A stretch of 64,000 bases of DNA. Origin: Schizochytrium sp. TIO01 (Eukaryota > Protista > Bigyra: Labyrinthulomycetes). Shown piece by piece: positions 8,004 to 19,945 of this stretch (within the stretch, counting starts at the first letter, position 1; each line of letters begins with the position of its first letter). The translations under genes and the position numbers were made by a program. The stretch covers positions 3,758,747-3,822,746 of the forward strand of contig SMSO01000037.1 of assembly GCA_004764695.1 (NCBI GenBank). The letters are read 5' to 3'. The notes under the pieces were generated by a model. The model ran no database searches, was not told the origin of the DNA, and saw only the letters and a program-made list of their open reading frames with translations.

Positions 8004-11000
8004 CTGCATCATTCCATCTCAAGTTTGAACTGTCTCATATGCTTTAAATACTAACATTACACGAATACATTACAAAGAATGCCTTGCTGCTTCACCGCAG
8101 CTCAATGAGTATACTATGTGTGCTTTTGTTTATCAAACAATATGTCCAGAGAAGCAATTTCTTTTCTTATGAAGATAGCAAATTTTTCGAACATAAGTAA
8201 CTGTTTTTCTATCCCACGAAAAGACATAATTTGTGAAACTCAAGACTTTAAAACGCACCAACTCTCTGTTGTATCAGGTAAAAATCTTTCCCACGGCATA
8301 CAATTCACAATAAGTATCGAATCTCTGCCTCTTTAAAAATTGAAGACCTCCAGTAAGTCCTACAATTTATTTAGCGTGAAAGTTAATGTTAAGATCTGTA
8401 ACTCATGTTCAACTAAATATCTATTTCCATTGAATCCTCATATTAGATTGGCTAGGTGCACGAGATTCTTAGAAAGTGACTGGAGGTCCTGCACTTTCAA
8501 CTTGATCCGGTAAACGTGACAAAGTTAAAAGTCGGCTCGGCTCTCAAACTATATTCTCTCTGGGTAGTGGACCTAGCATGTTATATTTAAGTCGTAAGCT
8601 TTCTCTTGAATAGCTGCCTAGTTTATACTGATTGCATTCTCATGAATCACGAGTTTGGCATTTTAAAACAAAACTTATCAAATCGCAACAAAGGAGCTAA
8701 TACCACAAGTATCATAAAAGTAACATTTTCTGCTAAGTTTCGACTGCTAACTAATATCGTACTAGCTAAGTATAATCATTCAATCGCATTCGCTACCTGA
8801 AGCTTAGATTTACTCTATAAATAGTACTCTACTAAGAGTATACAACTGAGAAGCAATGATTATCATCTTTTGGTCAGCAATACCCTATTGTCCTTGGGTT
8901 GTGAACAAAGGGCGCACATCATAGAGTGGTGCATAAATTGATTCTATGCTAGGTTTATTAGCTATAATAGAATTTCCAGCTATTATGATGAGATGTCGCT
9001 TCGTTTGCCTCAAAAGATTTGCAGAATAATCTTGTCGGCAGATTTGGCTATGAGATTGATGAGGCATTGTCCGCATCTTTAAAGCTTGTGGCCAAAGTAG
9101 ATGTGGATAATCCTATAACAAAGCAGCGCAATATGATTGATCAACGTGAATTATAATTCCGTACCGTGCGATCTGAGCATTCTTCAAGCCTGTGCAGACC
9201 TTATGATGCTACTACCGTATGGGTTATATTTTCACACAAATGATCAGACAATTCTACTATACAGATGGCAACCTTCAAGCTCATCTCATTCCTTTAAAGT
9301 AAACTCCTGGTACTTCATTTACCAGAGCCTGGCTGGTTGGATGGTCAGTGGAGTAGCGCTTAGAGTGCCTATAGTGAGACAGGAAAGTTTTTTTCTTCTT
9401 TTTTTAAAGATATCTTCGCGGCGTTCTCTTGAGAACGTTAAAGATACGTGACTTTGAGGCCACACAATTTGGCTCAGCAGAACCCGGAAATTAAGTGTAC
9501 TCCTTTCGGCTACCCACAATTACTCCATGCAGACCGAGGATCCCGCAAGTGCCAGCACGTGCGTGGACAGACCGCACATTTGTTTTTGCATAAAACTTCC
9601 GCGTCAAGTATGAGGGAACCTCTAGTTGCTAATCACAGATCAACTGATAGACCAACAGGCAAGGGGGGAGACGAGCAGACAACCAGGCAACCAGACAACT
9701 TGAACTAACCGAACGTGCCGCCAGCTTGATCTATCACACTAAAGATACCGAAGGTATGGCTTTTAAAAGGAGGAGGAGCAATAGTTATTAGAGTTCATAG
9801 GCTCTTTGCAGCAGCTCAAAGCCCTGTGGAGTGAGGCAAATCGGTTCCAAGGATCGCGGTTTCATAGCAGCATGAAGTTAAGCTCAAGTGCTGAGTTTTC
9901 TGTTCCTTCGAGTCAAAGCTGAAGTTCAAAATTTCCTTCCTAAACAATCATGGTAGGAACCAAGCTAGTAGTAGTCTACGCACGTGAAAGTTAGTTTGAG
10001 AGAGAATGAAAGCCTTCAGATTATCCTCGTGAGGCCAGCAGGATCCGCTCGCGTATTTAATTGATTCACTATCACGTCACGCCCAAGTCAGCACCCCACA
10101 AGAATTACAAGGCCTGCTACAAGGCCCTGCCTAGCTAGCTAGCCAGCTAGCTTCGCTACCTACTTACGCGCTACGGACACGCAATTCTACAGCGCTGATA
10201 CCTTGCCTTGAAAAGATTGCTGCCGTAGAATCAGCACGTGCAAGCAACCCGGAGGTCTATTCCTGGCGTTCCCCAATCCATCGCTCGCTCGATTCTTCAA
10301 TGTTCTTTAATTATAAACAAATAACTACTACCTACCTACCCACCTACAGTGCAGCTAGTAGTTAGGGTTTGTTAGGTGATAGTAGGTAGGGGGTGAAAGA
10401 AAGTGGTTAGGGGTTCTTAGTGTTCACTAGGACTCTCTCTCCCCCTTTCAGGCCGCTCGTTGAACTTTTTACAGTGCAAGTTTGGCAAGTGCCGCAAAAT
10501 TCCGTAATTTGCGGTGTCTGGCGGTTCGGGCACGGCGGTTTAAAGGGCTGTGAGGGACCTCTGCAGGGAGTATTTGAGGAGCGTTTGCGGCTTTGGAGTT
10601 GCGTGTTAGTTATTCTTCCGGCATCATCAGCGAGCACCTTGAAGTCACCGTCTCCAGAGGCGAGTTTTCTTTTCACGTGCCACGGCCTTCTTTCACCTAC
10701 AGCTATCTCTCTCTCTCAGATAGCAGTTGACTAAGTAGAACTCTAAGAGGAGACGAGTCGACCCTCCATCTTGGCCTGCTCACGCACCTTTTCCATTCAA
10801 GCTTCTGTCAGCCGCGTAAGTCACGGCGATCTCCGCTTCAGGTCTGCAAAGGCTGACTCAGGACAGAAGTATAGGTTTCTTACAGGCAGGCCCTGTCCTG
10901 CTTCGCTGGCAGACACTCTCGTGAGGTAGTCAGGCAATGACAACTTAGGATCTTTCAGCACCTTGGGACTACAGAAATCACTTCGCTGGCCAGGGTCTAG

Positions 11001-12205
11001 CACCTTCTACCTAGTTACCCACCTGCATAGGCTGATACTAACGCCGGCTAGGTAATTAGCAGAGCTCTGCTGACGCCGCCATAGTCTTGATAGTTAAACT
11101 CTCAGAGGTACTGAGTTCCAATCTTTTTTTAATTGATTTAATTAGAAAGAACTTGGGTAAAAAACTCGAGTCTAAGCAATTGCTCGATACGTTGATAGTA
11201 ACAGCTGGTAGCAACAAAGATACTACCTTATATTCCTTATAGGTAGGTAGGGTACCTCCTGCTGCTATGAAAGAAGGGCGAGCGAGCAAAGTCTAAAGTT
11301 GTGTAGGAAATAAGGCCTCTCTGCTACAAGTCAGTGCGCGGATTCATTCTGGCCTGGCTTGTTCGTAGCAGACAGAAAGCACCTAAAATCTTGGGATCGG
11401 CTACATAGCCGCTGGCCGAGGTTCCACTGGATCGAGCACCTCGCCGGCCCGGAGTTGTGCTAAGTTCTTCTAATTCAATAAGCGATTATTTTGGCCTGAC
11501 TTTTCACACAATTGCTAACAGATTTTGACTTATTACTACTACCTCTGACCACCTGGCGAGCGTATAGGTTCTGCGAAGAGCTCGGGGAGTAGTAGCTTGA
11601 CATACGAGTTCTGCGACTAATATGAGGCATTGGAGTGCTCGAATAAATGTGACAAATCGTAGGCCGCCCACCACTCACTCTAGGATCGTCGTGATTATCA
11701 CTGATCACTGATCCCAGGACCTCTATTCTTGTCCTTCTAGCAGATTATACTATATTACAATTGCCTTTACGCTGTGCCATCGCTAGATTGCAAGATGGCT
11801 TCTTTGGTTCAAGTAAGTTTGCTTTTGACTGCGACTGCCGTGAAGATAGGCAGCTAAGAAGCTAGCTAGGTGCCCGCTAGTTGGCAACTTGGTTTTTCGA
11901 CAGTTTTCGTGTCGACTTGAATGCCCAATTTTTGGGTCGATGATGCATCGCTGTCGATCTGAAATGCGGCGGTCTTACCGTTTATTCCACTCGTAAGCAA
12001 ACTTCTGCCTGCCACTGCGTCATTCGCAAGTTGTTGACGTGTTTCCACCATCGTGATCACAATTATGCCATTCGGGCAGGAGCCTTGGGCGGTTTAAAGG
12101 AGCACGTTTTCTTTGCTCAGTTTTGGAGGGAGTGCGCATGTTTGCCATGGTTGTAGAAACCGCTGATCACTTCAAGTTGCTATCTTAACTGGTAAGCGAA
12201 GCAAG

Positions 12206-12206
<1 letters not shown>

Positions 12207-12239
<33 letters not shown>

Positions 12240-12240
12240 A
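12207..12240. repeat. (CTTA)n tetranucleotide microsatellite
   Basis: About 8 perfect copies are visible. Confidence 0.9.
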
Positions 12241-15200
12241 ACATGGGCCGAGTCGTTTGCCAACACCGCCGAAATCCTTTCAGGCGAGATGCGCCACAGC
12301 AGCTCCCGCACCTGCTACAAGTTCTATGTCATTGCTTGTCAAGTTCGTAGTTCCCCGTCGCATGCCATTTTTCACTCATGTGAGGCAGATCGATGGCTTC
12401 AGAATATTTGGACCGTCATGAAGCCAAAGTGCCACGACTACTACTGGTAATACTACGCAGGTAGTTTCCCTTGCTATAACTTCTTGAAGCTTGCTCTTAC
12501 TAAGTTGTTAGAGGTACTGGGTTTAACTAAAATCTCAAGCCAGAAGGATCACTCACTACTGGAAAGCTCAACTGGGAAGTCCTAATAGTAGTACAAGTTG
12601 CTTAGCAGGTTGCAGAATGACCTAAGGTACCACTGTGATAGTCTCTCGTTTATTATGCAGCTAGGGAGGTATTAGAAACTTTTGGGTTGATTTCGGTGGA
12701 AAAGGCGCTTATCACTGTGCTGCAAATTTTACGTTGTCTGAAGAATTCCAGCTCCCATCTATGGTCGCCACTGAAAGCTGATTTGTTAAAACTGCAACTA
12801 CAGCCATCAATTTGTTTGCTCATTAGTAGTACTAGTATTGTATCAATTGCGTGAGCGTTCTTGGCGACTGCTTGGTCTCGAAGCAACCTCCGTCCTGCTA
12901 ATTAATTTATAAAAATATATCTTTGATCTTATCTCTAGAGAAATATCAAGTCACAAACTCTCTTGACACTGATAGTTATAGGCTCTACAAGAAAGAAATA
13001 ACGCAACTTGAAACAAGAATCATAGCACCGAGTAAAATAAATACATTTAAGTAGTAAAATCCTTGGGTTGGTATGCGGCCGGGATGCTTACATAGAATTA
13101 ATCACGAGAGTGCATGTATGCAACAATGGAGATGAGTACCTAAGATCTATATATGAGTATGTAGTCTCGTATCTACTATGTATTAGACGTTGAAATGTTA
13201 GGTAGGCTGAGGACGAAGGTGGAGTTGGAAACTAGCGTTGAAACCTGCGTGGCGAACGAATGAAACCGAGTCGAGCTGCTTCTGCTTTCGTCGGTTCGAG
13301 AAGTTAGACTTGCTTCGAGCTGGCAGCAACAACGTGAGAAACTGCCAAATCGAGCCCTCCTTATCTTGCAAAACTGCCCCCTTGAAGTCGAGAACCTGCG
13401 TGTGCACGTGCTTTCCTGCGCTCACTCTTAGCTCCAAATTGGCAGAAGCGCTCGCACGGAGACACAGAGGGAGCAGAGGAAGGTATAGGTGCTCAGCGCG
13501 CTGTGGGGGTTTCTGCCTCACAAATATTTCGCTAGCCAAGCAAAGCAGACGCACCTCATGGGTCCCCCCCGTGGGTGCAGAGGATTGGCCACGAACGCTT
13601 GCAGCCTCTCCACTGAGCTCTCTGCACTGCAGGCAAGGTTGTCCTCTGACTTCCACTGGGAAAAGTTCGAGAGTATGGCAGAAAGTTGATGAGAGGGGTG
13701 TTGCAGAGTAATTCCAGCAGCGGACTCCGGCACCTCCAGAAGTCAATGTCTCTTCCGCACGTGCACGGGTACGACCAAAGCATCTCTGCTGCGCTAGCTA
13801 GCTAGCTAGAAATCAAGATTCTTTCTCCATGCCAGAGCAAAGACACTCCACGCAGGCCAAACTTGCTGATCTGCACTCAGCCATATCGCTGCCACAAATA
13901 TTTGTTGCAACTGACGGTGGCGGCCTGGAAACACCATGGTACGCGGCCCACTCTTGACACTCTCGACTTGATGAAAAGATCCTTCTTGTTAGAGTAGGAG
14001 CAGTATTATGCAAATAGGTAGCACTTTGACAAAAGAAAATCCCGCTCTGATAACAGAAAACAAATAGGCGAACAAATAAAAATAATGTGATAAAAGCATC
14101 AATAGTCTCAAATTCAAGTCTAAAAGATCATGCTGGCCGAGGTACCAAAATCGTCAACACGGCAGTGATGGCAAGGGCGAGAGTGGTGGCGAGTTGAGTT
14201 GTCTCTAATTAAAAGACAAACATAAAATATACTTTCACCAATGGGAGTCTCTTCAAGTGAGTTGGTGAAGAAGATCCATTCTCCACTCGGCGCTGCTTCT
14301 CAGTAGCTAGCGAGCTAGGCTAGCTAGCCAGAGGTTATTCCTACAAGTCCCTTTACTTGGTTCAAAACTCAAGTCTTAGGTACTGAAATTATATATCTCA
14401 CCACTCTGGCAAATCGTTCTTTAGTTAGAAACCCCTCCCTCAACCTGAGTACGAATGGCCTTTTCTGTTACTTCGAGTAAGTTGAAGTGCTGCCATTCAA
14501 GTTCTTCTTACCTTGCTAGCTACTACCTGCCTAGCACAAGATACCAACCTGCTTTCCAAGCCGCACGTTTGTACAGTCTGATTGTTCGTACATGCACTGT
14601 GATGACTGCTGGAAGCCGAGCATCGAGATCTCTTCGCAACGACTGTAGCTATTCTTCACTTCGGTGGCCTTTCTCAGTCTCTGTCTCCTCGCAGGCCAGA
14701 GTCGCCAGGAGGGCTCTTCGCGATAATCTCATGGATTGTCGCGAAGGTTTCGCTGCTCTGGCTGAGGCGGCTCAGGGTTGCGAGTTCTTCGAAAAAATCG
14801 CGACACTCCGCTGGAGGTGGTTGGCGACCTCAAAACCGCTGCTCCGACTACAGGCTGCTTACTCCGAGCTCCTCTCTGGCGAGCTCCGAGCGCCGTTGCA
14901 GTCAGTATGTATGTACGCATTTAATTATAAAGACGGACTCGCTTTCCCAGACTCGAATTCTGAGATCTTCAACTACTTCAATTCTGCGCAATTCTGCGAT
15001 CAGCCATCAGGTTCGCCGTTCTCTCCCTCTCTGGTTCCCGTTCTCTCTCCCTCGCTAGTAAAGGCTATTTTTTTGCTTTGTTTTATTTCATTTTATTTCA
15101 TATTTTGTTCATCTCTCACTGCCTAACTCGTTCTCTACGTCACTGACACCTCCACAGAGAAAGCAAGCAGGTGACACAGAGTTAGAAGAGCTTGCAAACC

Positions 15201-18200
15201 TGAGTAGAATCAACACTCCATTCAGGCCTGCTGGGCAGGGCTTTTGCAGTGCTCGCGTCAGTCTCTGGCAGGGCCTCTCATGAATATTCGTCGGCAATCA
15301 TGATGGAGCGGAACTAGGTTTCATGCGCACGCTCAGGAATGGGCAACGGTTCAACTACGTTCAATTCGGGAGAAAGAGAGAGGAGAGAGAACAAAGCGCT
15401 TGGAGATCCCTTAAGCTGACTGGAAAGAGATCAAAACAGAGATGGCTTTTTAGGAGCTGCTCTAAGAGGGATGGATGCAGAAAGAAGACCAAGTTTGGGC
15501 CGAGGTCCTTCCGCGGACCGGTCATCGAGCGGGCGTGACTGGCAGGCTAGGCCCTGTCACCATCCCTCGCTCAATAGTTGAGACTTTTGGCCATAAGCAT
15601 TGCTTGCGTCCTCTTAGCCATCTCCTCAAATTGCTTTGGAGTTCAATATCTTAGTCGATTTCATGTTCTCTTTCGTGATAATATGAAGAGGAGTAAAAGG
15701 TTAAATTTGCACTTCGCAGGTCTAGGTACCTACCTGCCCACCTGCTGCTCTACCCAAATTCTAGAAAACGAAGCATCTTTAAGACGCAAGAGGTTCTATT
15801 TGGGAGCTACTTTTGCTCTGATTCATCAAATATATTGGTCAGAGCAAATGATTTCACCCTCGAATCATACATACTTATTTCCTGTTTCTAAAAGGTGTTA
15901 CTTTTCATTGTTACTTAAAAAAATAAAAATTCTTCAAGTTGAAAAAAGTACCTAGCTTAACTCGTAGTAAATGATTATTTGTGAACAAAAGAACTAAGTA
16001 ATAGCACTACTAGAAGTCCATATAGTACCCAATTAGAAGGTGCTAGGACTCCGGGGTTCCTGACTGCGACGCTACAAGAGTCGGCGCGGTTCTGCTGGGC
16101 TTGCTTACCAATGATCTTCTACGAGCAGCTTGGGGTGCCTAGGAGGCTGCTAACAACACTCAGGAGCTTGTAGACTCCTTGCGGTGCAAGCCTGGCAATC
16201 AATGTAACTATAGTTTTGGTATTCTTAAAAGTTTCGTTAACCATTGTTTTGAAGACTGTGAAAAGGATGATGAGTTTTCCAAGATACAACTTATATCTGA
16301 CATGCATTCATCGTTTCAAATTTTGATCATTTCGCCTTGGCAAGAGCTGCCAACGTTGGAGAATGTGTAAATCCCTCTACTCAAAGTTCAGAACCGCCTG
16401 GACGATCGTGAATCGCCATCATGTGCAATCTTGAGAAATTTAGTTCTCCTGCACCGCTGATCTCCAAAGAAAAATATCCTCCTCAACTTTTGCGGTGCAG
16501 CACGTGCACATACTATTTTACTCTATACGATCGATATTTATTCACGTGCGAGGTAGCTAACATTGGAGGCATCGAGCATGTCGTTTCCAGCATTTGTTCG
16601 CACGCTCTGTAATATATTCGTACTATTTACTATGAGCTAGAGTTTTAAAAGCCCAACTACTCCTAGCAGTAGCTCTTCTGCCAAGGCCCGTGCACCCGTG
16701 ATTTTGCGGCTGGCCCTCGGCGTGCCGCTGGTCTGCACAAGCTTTGCATTGGTGCTCCGCGTGCACAACTAGCTGGCCGAGAGGCTTTTTCATCCGGCTA
16801 CCGTGCTATTGGTAAGCTTTGCAAGAGAAAGAGCAATTGGTCTTGATCTCTCGCAGGTTGTTCGGGAAGCTCAGGCACGCAGCAGCGGCCTTGAAATGTC
16901 GCTCTCATGACAAAACCTTGATCCATCTTTTGATCTCTTTGATTCGCTGCCTAGGCACTACGTGTAGCTATATCCAATAAAAAAGATTAAAAGAGTCACT
17001 TAAACTGAAAAAATGAAAATATCCTAGCGTTCCCAGATACGAGTTTGCTAGAGGCCAGTAATGGAGGTGATGCAAGTGTTCGGATTGTTTCCTCGTAGCT
17101 CCAAAGATCCTCCACTCAAGTTTGTCACAGGAATGTAGGTACCTACAGTACCTGTGAATTAGAAGGACGTAGTATTAAAACAAAAACAACTTCCTCGAGC
17201 CTAACAAGTGAAGAGAGTAATTAAGATCAGCGCGTTATTGCACATTACGCAAACCATGGTATCAAAGCGAGTCGTTCTCCGTGTTCTTATGTAACAGGGA
17301 ACTTACTCTTCATCAGCTCTCTCAGACTGGTCTCCTGCTTTTTCCAACCTTCGAATTGCTTATGACACTAGTAGCAGTTTATTCGCTTGACTGCTGAGAG
17401 AATAGAAATCGATATATACCCTCCACGTAGTCCTAGGGCCGAGGTCAAGATCCACGTCAAGCCCTCAGCACGTTTTGATCAGCAGCAGAAGTATGTGTAA
17501 ATCATAGTTTCTCATCCATCATAATGATCCGTACAGATAAAGGCGCCTCGTTTCCTTCGTTTCTCTCTTTTCCTTCGCTCTTTTCGTTCTCTTTGGCGTA
17601 ATTCTCTTTATAAGTATGACTTTAAAGTATCAGTCTCAGTCTCAGTCTCAGTATAACAATTATAAGCAAAAGCAAGTGAGCGAGTGAGCGAGCGAGTCGA
17701 TGGATGATCAAGATTCTCGAAGGAGCGCGCACGCACGCACGCAGGCAGGCAGGCAGGCATGCAGGCAGGTAGATAGACAGGCCGCCCTTGCCAGGCAAGG
17801 ACGCTTGCTTCCGGAAGCCACCGCGCCGCTCGAGTTCGCCTTCGCTAATCTCTCTCTCTCTCTCTCGTCTTCGTTCGGTTTCCTGATTCCAGGAGCGACT
17901 GACTGCCTGTTCTCCCTCATCCATGCAAAAGAGAACTTGAAACAAAACTAAACAAAACTAACTAAACAAAGATCTTCTTCTTCTCCTTCTTCTGCCTATC
18001 ACCCAAATATTTGAATTAGCTAATCAATCTTTTCTTTTCTTTACTTTACTTTTCTTTTCTTTTTCTTTTCTTTTCAAAGTCTAAAACAAATTATATCCAT
18101 GCTGCCTACTACCTCCCTACCTAGCTACCCGTACCTACCCGAAACACTTCCACTTTGGCCTAGCCTCGCAGTAGCACCTCCTACCGCCTCGATCCAACCA

Positions 18201-18289
18201 ACCCCCGGGTCAGCCAACCTCCTCGATAGTCTCTCTCTCTCTCACTCTCAGTCTCACAAATGGAGACACAGTCCAGCAGTCCCGCAGAG

Positions 18290-18844
18290 GGATTGAGAGG
18301 AGATCTCGAGCTGGAGAAGGGAAGGCTGATCGATATTGGTTGGTGGGCGGGCGGGGCGATGGACGGCTGGAGCGGCTGGAGAGGCCTCTCTGTGCGGGTG
18401 GCGGGCTTGGCGGCCTTTGTGCGAGTTCTCACCGGCTGAGAGGCCTCCGGGCGGTCTGGAGCGGGCGAGACCCGCGCGGTGGGCCTCGGCGAGGAATTGG
18501 AGGCGCCCCTCAGTGATGTGAGGGGGGTCGTGGGAGGGCGCCTTTGCACCCCCCCTGGCGGGAGCGGCGCCCCTCAGGAGAGGGGCTTGCGCTCCCAGGA
18601 GGAGGGTAGGCTGCGAGTGGCGGCGCGGCGCGTTAGGAGGCAGTGGGGCCCTCACAGCGCCCACTGGGCGAAATTGGGCGCGATTTGTGAGGGCGCCCTC
18701 CGAATTTTCAGAGAAATCGCGGCGCAGGACCGATCGATGCGGAGAAGCAAACCAGCAACTCGAGCTCCAAACCAAAACCTCAAAAGCAAACCTCAAGCAC
18801 CCAAGCAGCTTTTCAAGCAAGCAAGCAACTCTACATCAAGAAAA
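18290..18844 (+). promoter_or_regulatory. GC-rich, G-skewed promoter region followed by a C/A-rich 5' leader of the small acidic gene
   Basis: An abrupt GC-rich, G-skewed block is followed by a CAA-rich leader ending in AAGAAAA-ATG. The leader style matches the genes starting at 34481 and 44951. Confidence 0.5.
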
Positions 18845-19084
18845 ATGGAGGCCGCCCCCGTCGTCGATAACAACCTCGAGTCCGTCAACAACGACGTGAC
18901 CGTTGACACCAGCAAGGTCGAGGCCGCCGCCGCCGTCGAGGCCACCTCCCCCACCGCCGCCGATGCCCAGGTTGCCTCTGACGAGGCCGAGGTGACCGAG
19001 GTCGCCCAGGCCGACGAGGACTCCGAGCAGGTCGAGCAGACCGAGGAGGCTGACGAGCAGGAGGAGGAGGAGGAGGAGAACTAA
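18845..19084 (+). CDS. Small (79 aa) hyperacidic, intrinsically disordered protein
   Basis: ATG at 18845 in an AAAAATGG context, extreme GC3 bias (GAG/GCC/GTC/AAC/GAC), stop TAA at 19082-19084. Sequence MEAAPVVDNNLES...EQEEEEEEN. The 201-aa ORF in the track starts at a non-ATG codon in the promoter and is over-extended. Confidence 0.8.
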   Translation: MEAAPVVDNNLESVNNDVTVDTSKVEAAAAVEATSPTAADAQVASDEAEVTEVAQADEDSEQVEQTEEADEQEEEEEEN

Positions 19085-19945
19085 GCTGACTTCCTCGCGC
19101 CCAGACACATCTGTTGCTAGCTAGCTACTAGCCTCGTGTTCAAGCCGAGTCGAAGAAGTATACCTCTTATTTGCTTCCTCACTTGCTATCTACCTCTTTT
19201 CTGAATTCTGATTCTTTGCCATCGATGAGCTCTTTTGAATAACAAAATCATTTGTCAACCCTTCCGGACTCTTCTTCTTCTTGTTCTTCTTGATCGATCT
19301 TCTTGTTGCTTTTACAACCCATTTCTTGATCTTCATGCATACAGCAGCAGCTATCTTCACCCTGAGCGGCGGCTTCCAAACGCTTACGCATAGGCTTCTT
19401 TGTTTTACTTTCTTCGTTTTACTTTCTTGGTTCTACAGTTTTGGGGACTTGTTTGCTTCATTCTAAGTCCTGCATACATTTACTCTTAGTAGTAACACTA
19501 TGTAGGTCCTACTGAGCACAAGGTCTTACACATGCACGGATAGCACTAGAAGATACTTAGTGAATATTATTAGGAGAAAAAGTCACTTACGGTGGAGGCA
19601 CATCATGATGATTGCGCGGCTGAAGTAAGTACTGAGAGCCAATGTGACGTGATGGCTCAAGACAATAGACAAATGGAAATTGGCCGCTCATTGGGTAGTG
19701 TGCTCCAAGATTTGTCTTCGGTGCAGTCTCCGTTTGAAAAAGCAACGCGAGATATATCAAACCATTTTAACTAACCTCTGGCGAGGATCAAAACTTATGT
19801 AAGGTGTGCAACAAACAAAGCAAGCATGAAATATATCTTTTTAAAATTAATAGTATGGATACAATTGTTGTTCTGTCTGAAGGCCTAAAGAAAAAATAGC
19901 AAGCAATAAAAGAAAAAGCTGAGACCATCTCTATTGATACATTGT

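Noticed and set aside
2000-8400. Calling the transposase-like locus an intact mobile element
   Set aside because: No terminal inverted repeats or target-site duplication were found by eye, and the catalytic motifs are degenerate.
10355-10420. TTAGGG-like words suggesting an interstitial telomere
   Set aside because: Only one exact unit plus degenerate variants in a G-rich, TAG-rich tract; not a tandem array.
13198-15126. ORFs of 157-223 aa in the first gene-free block
   Set aside because: No recognisable motifs or consistent codon bias, and overlapping frames on both strands.
18479-18844. N-terminal 122 codons of the 201-aa ORF in the track
   Set aside because: Non-ATG start and promoter/leader composition. 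Codon bias begins sharply at the ATG at 18845.
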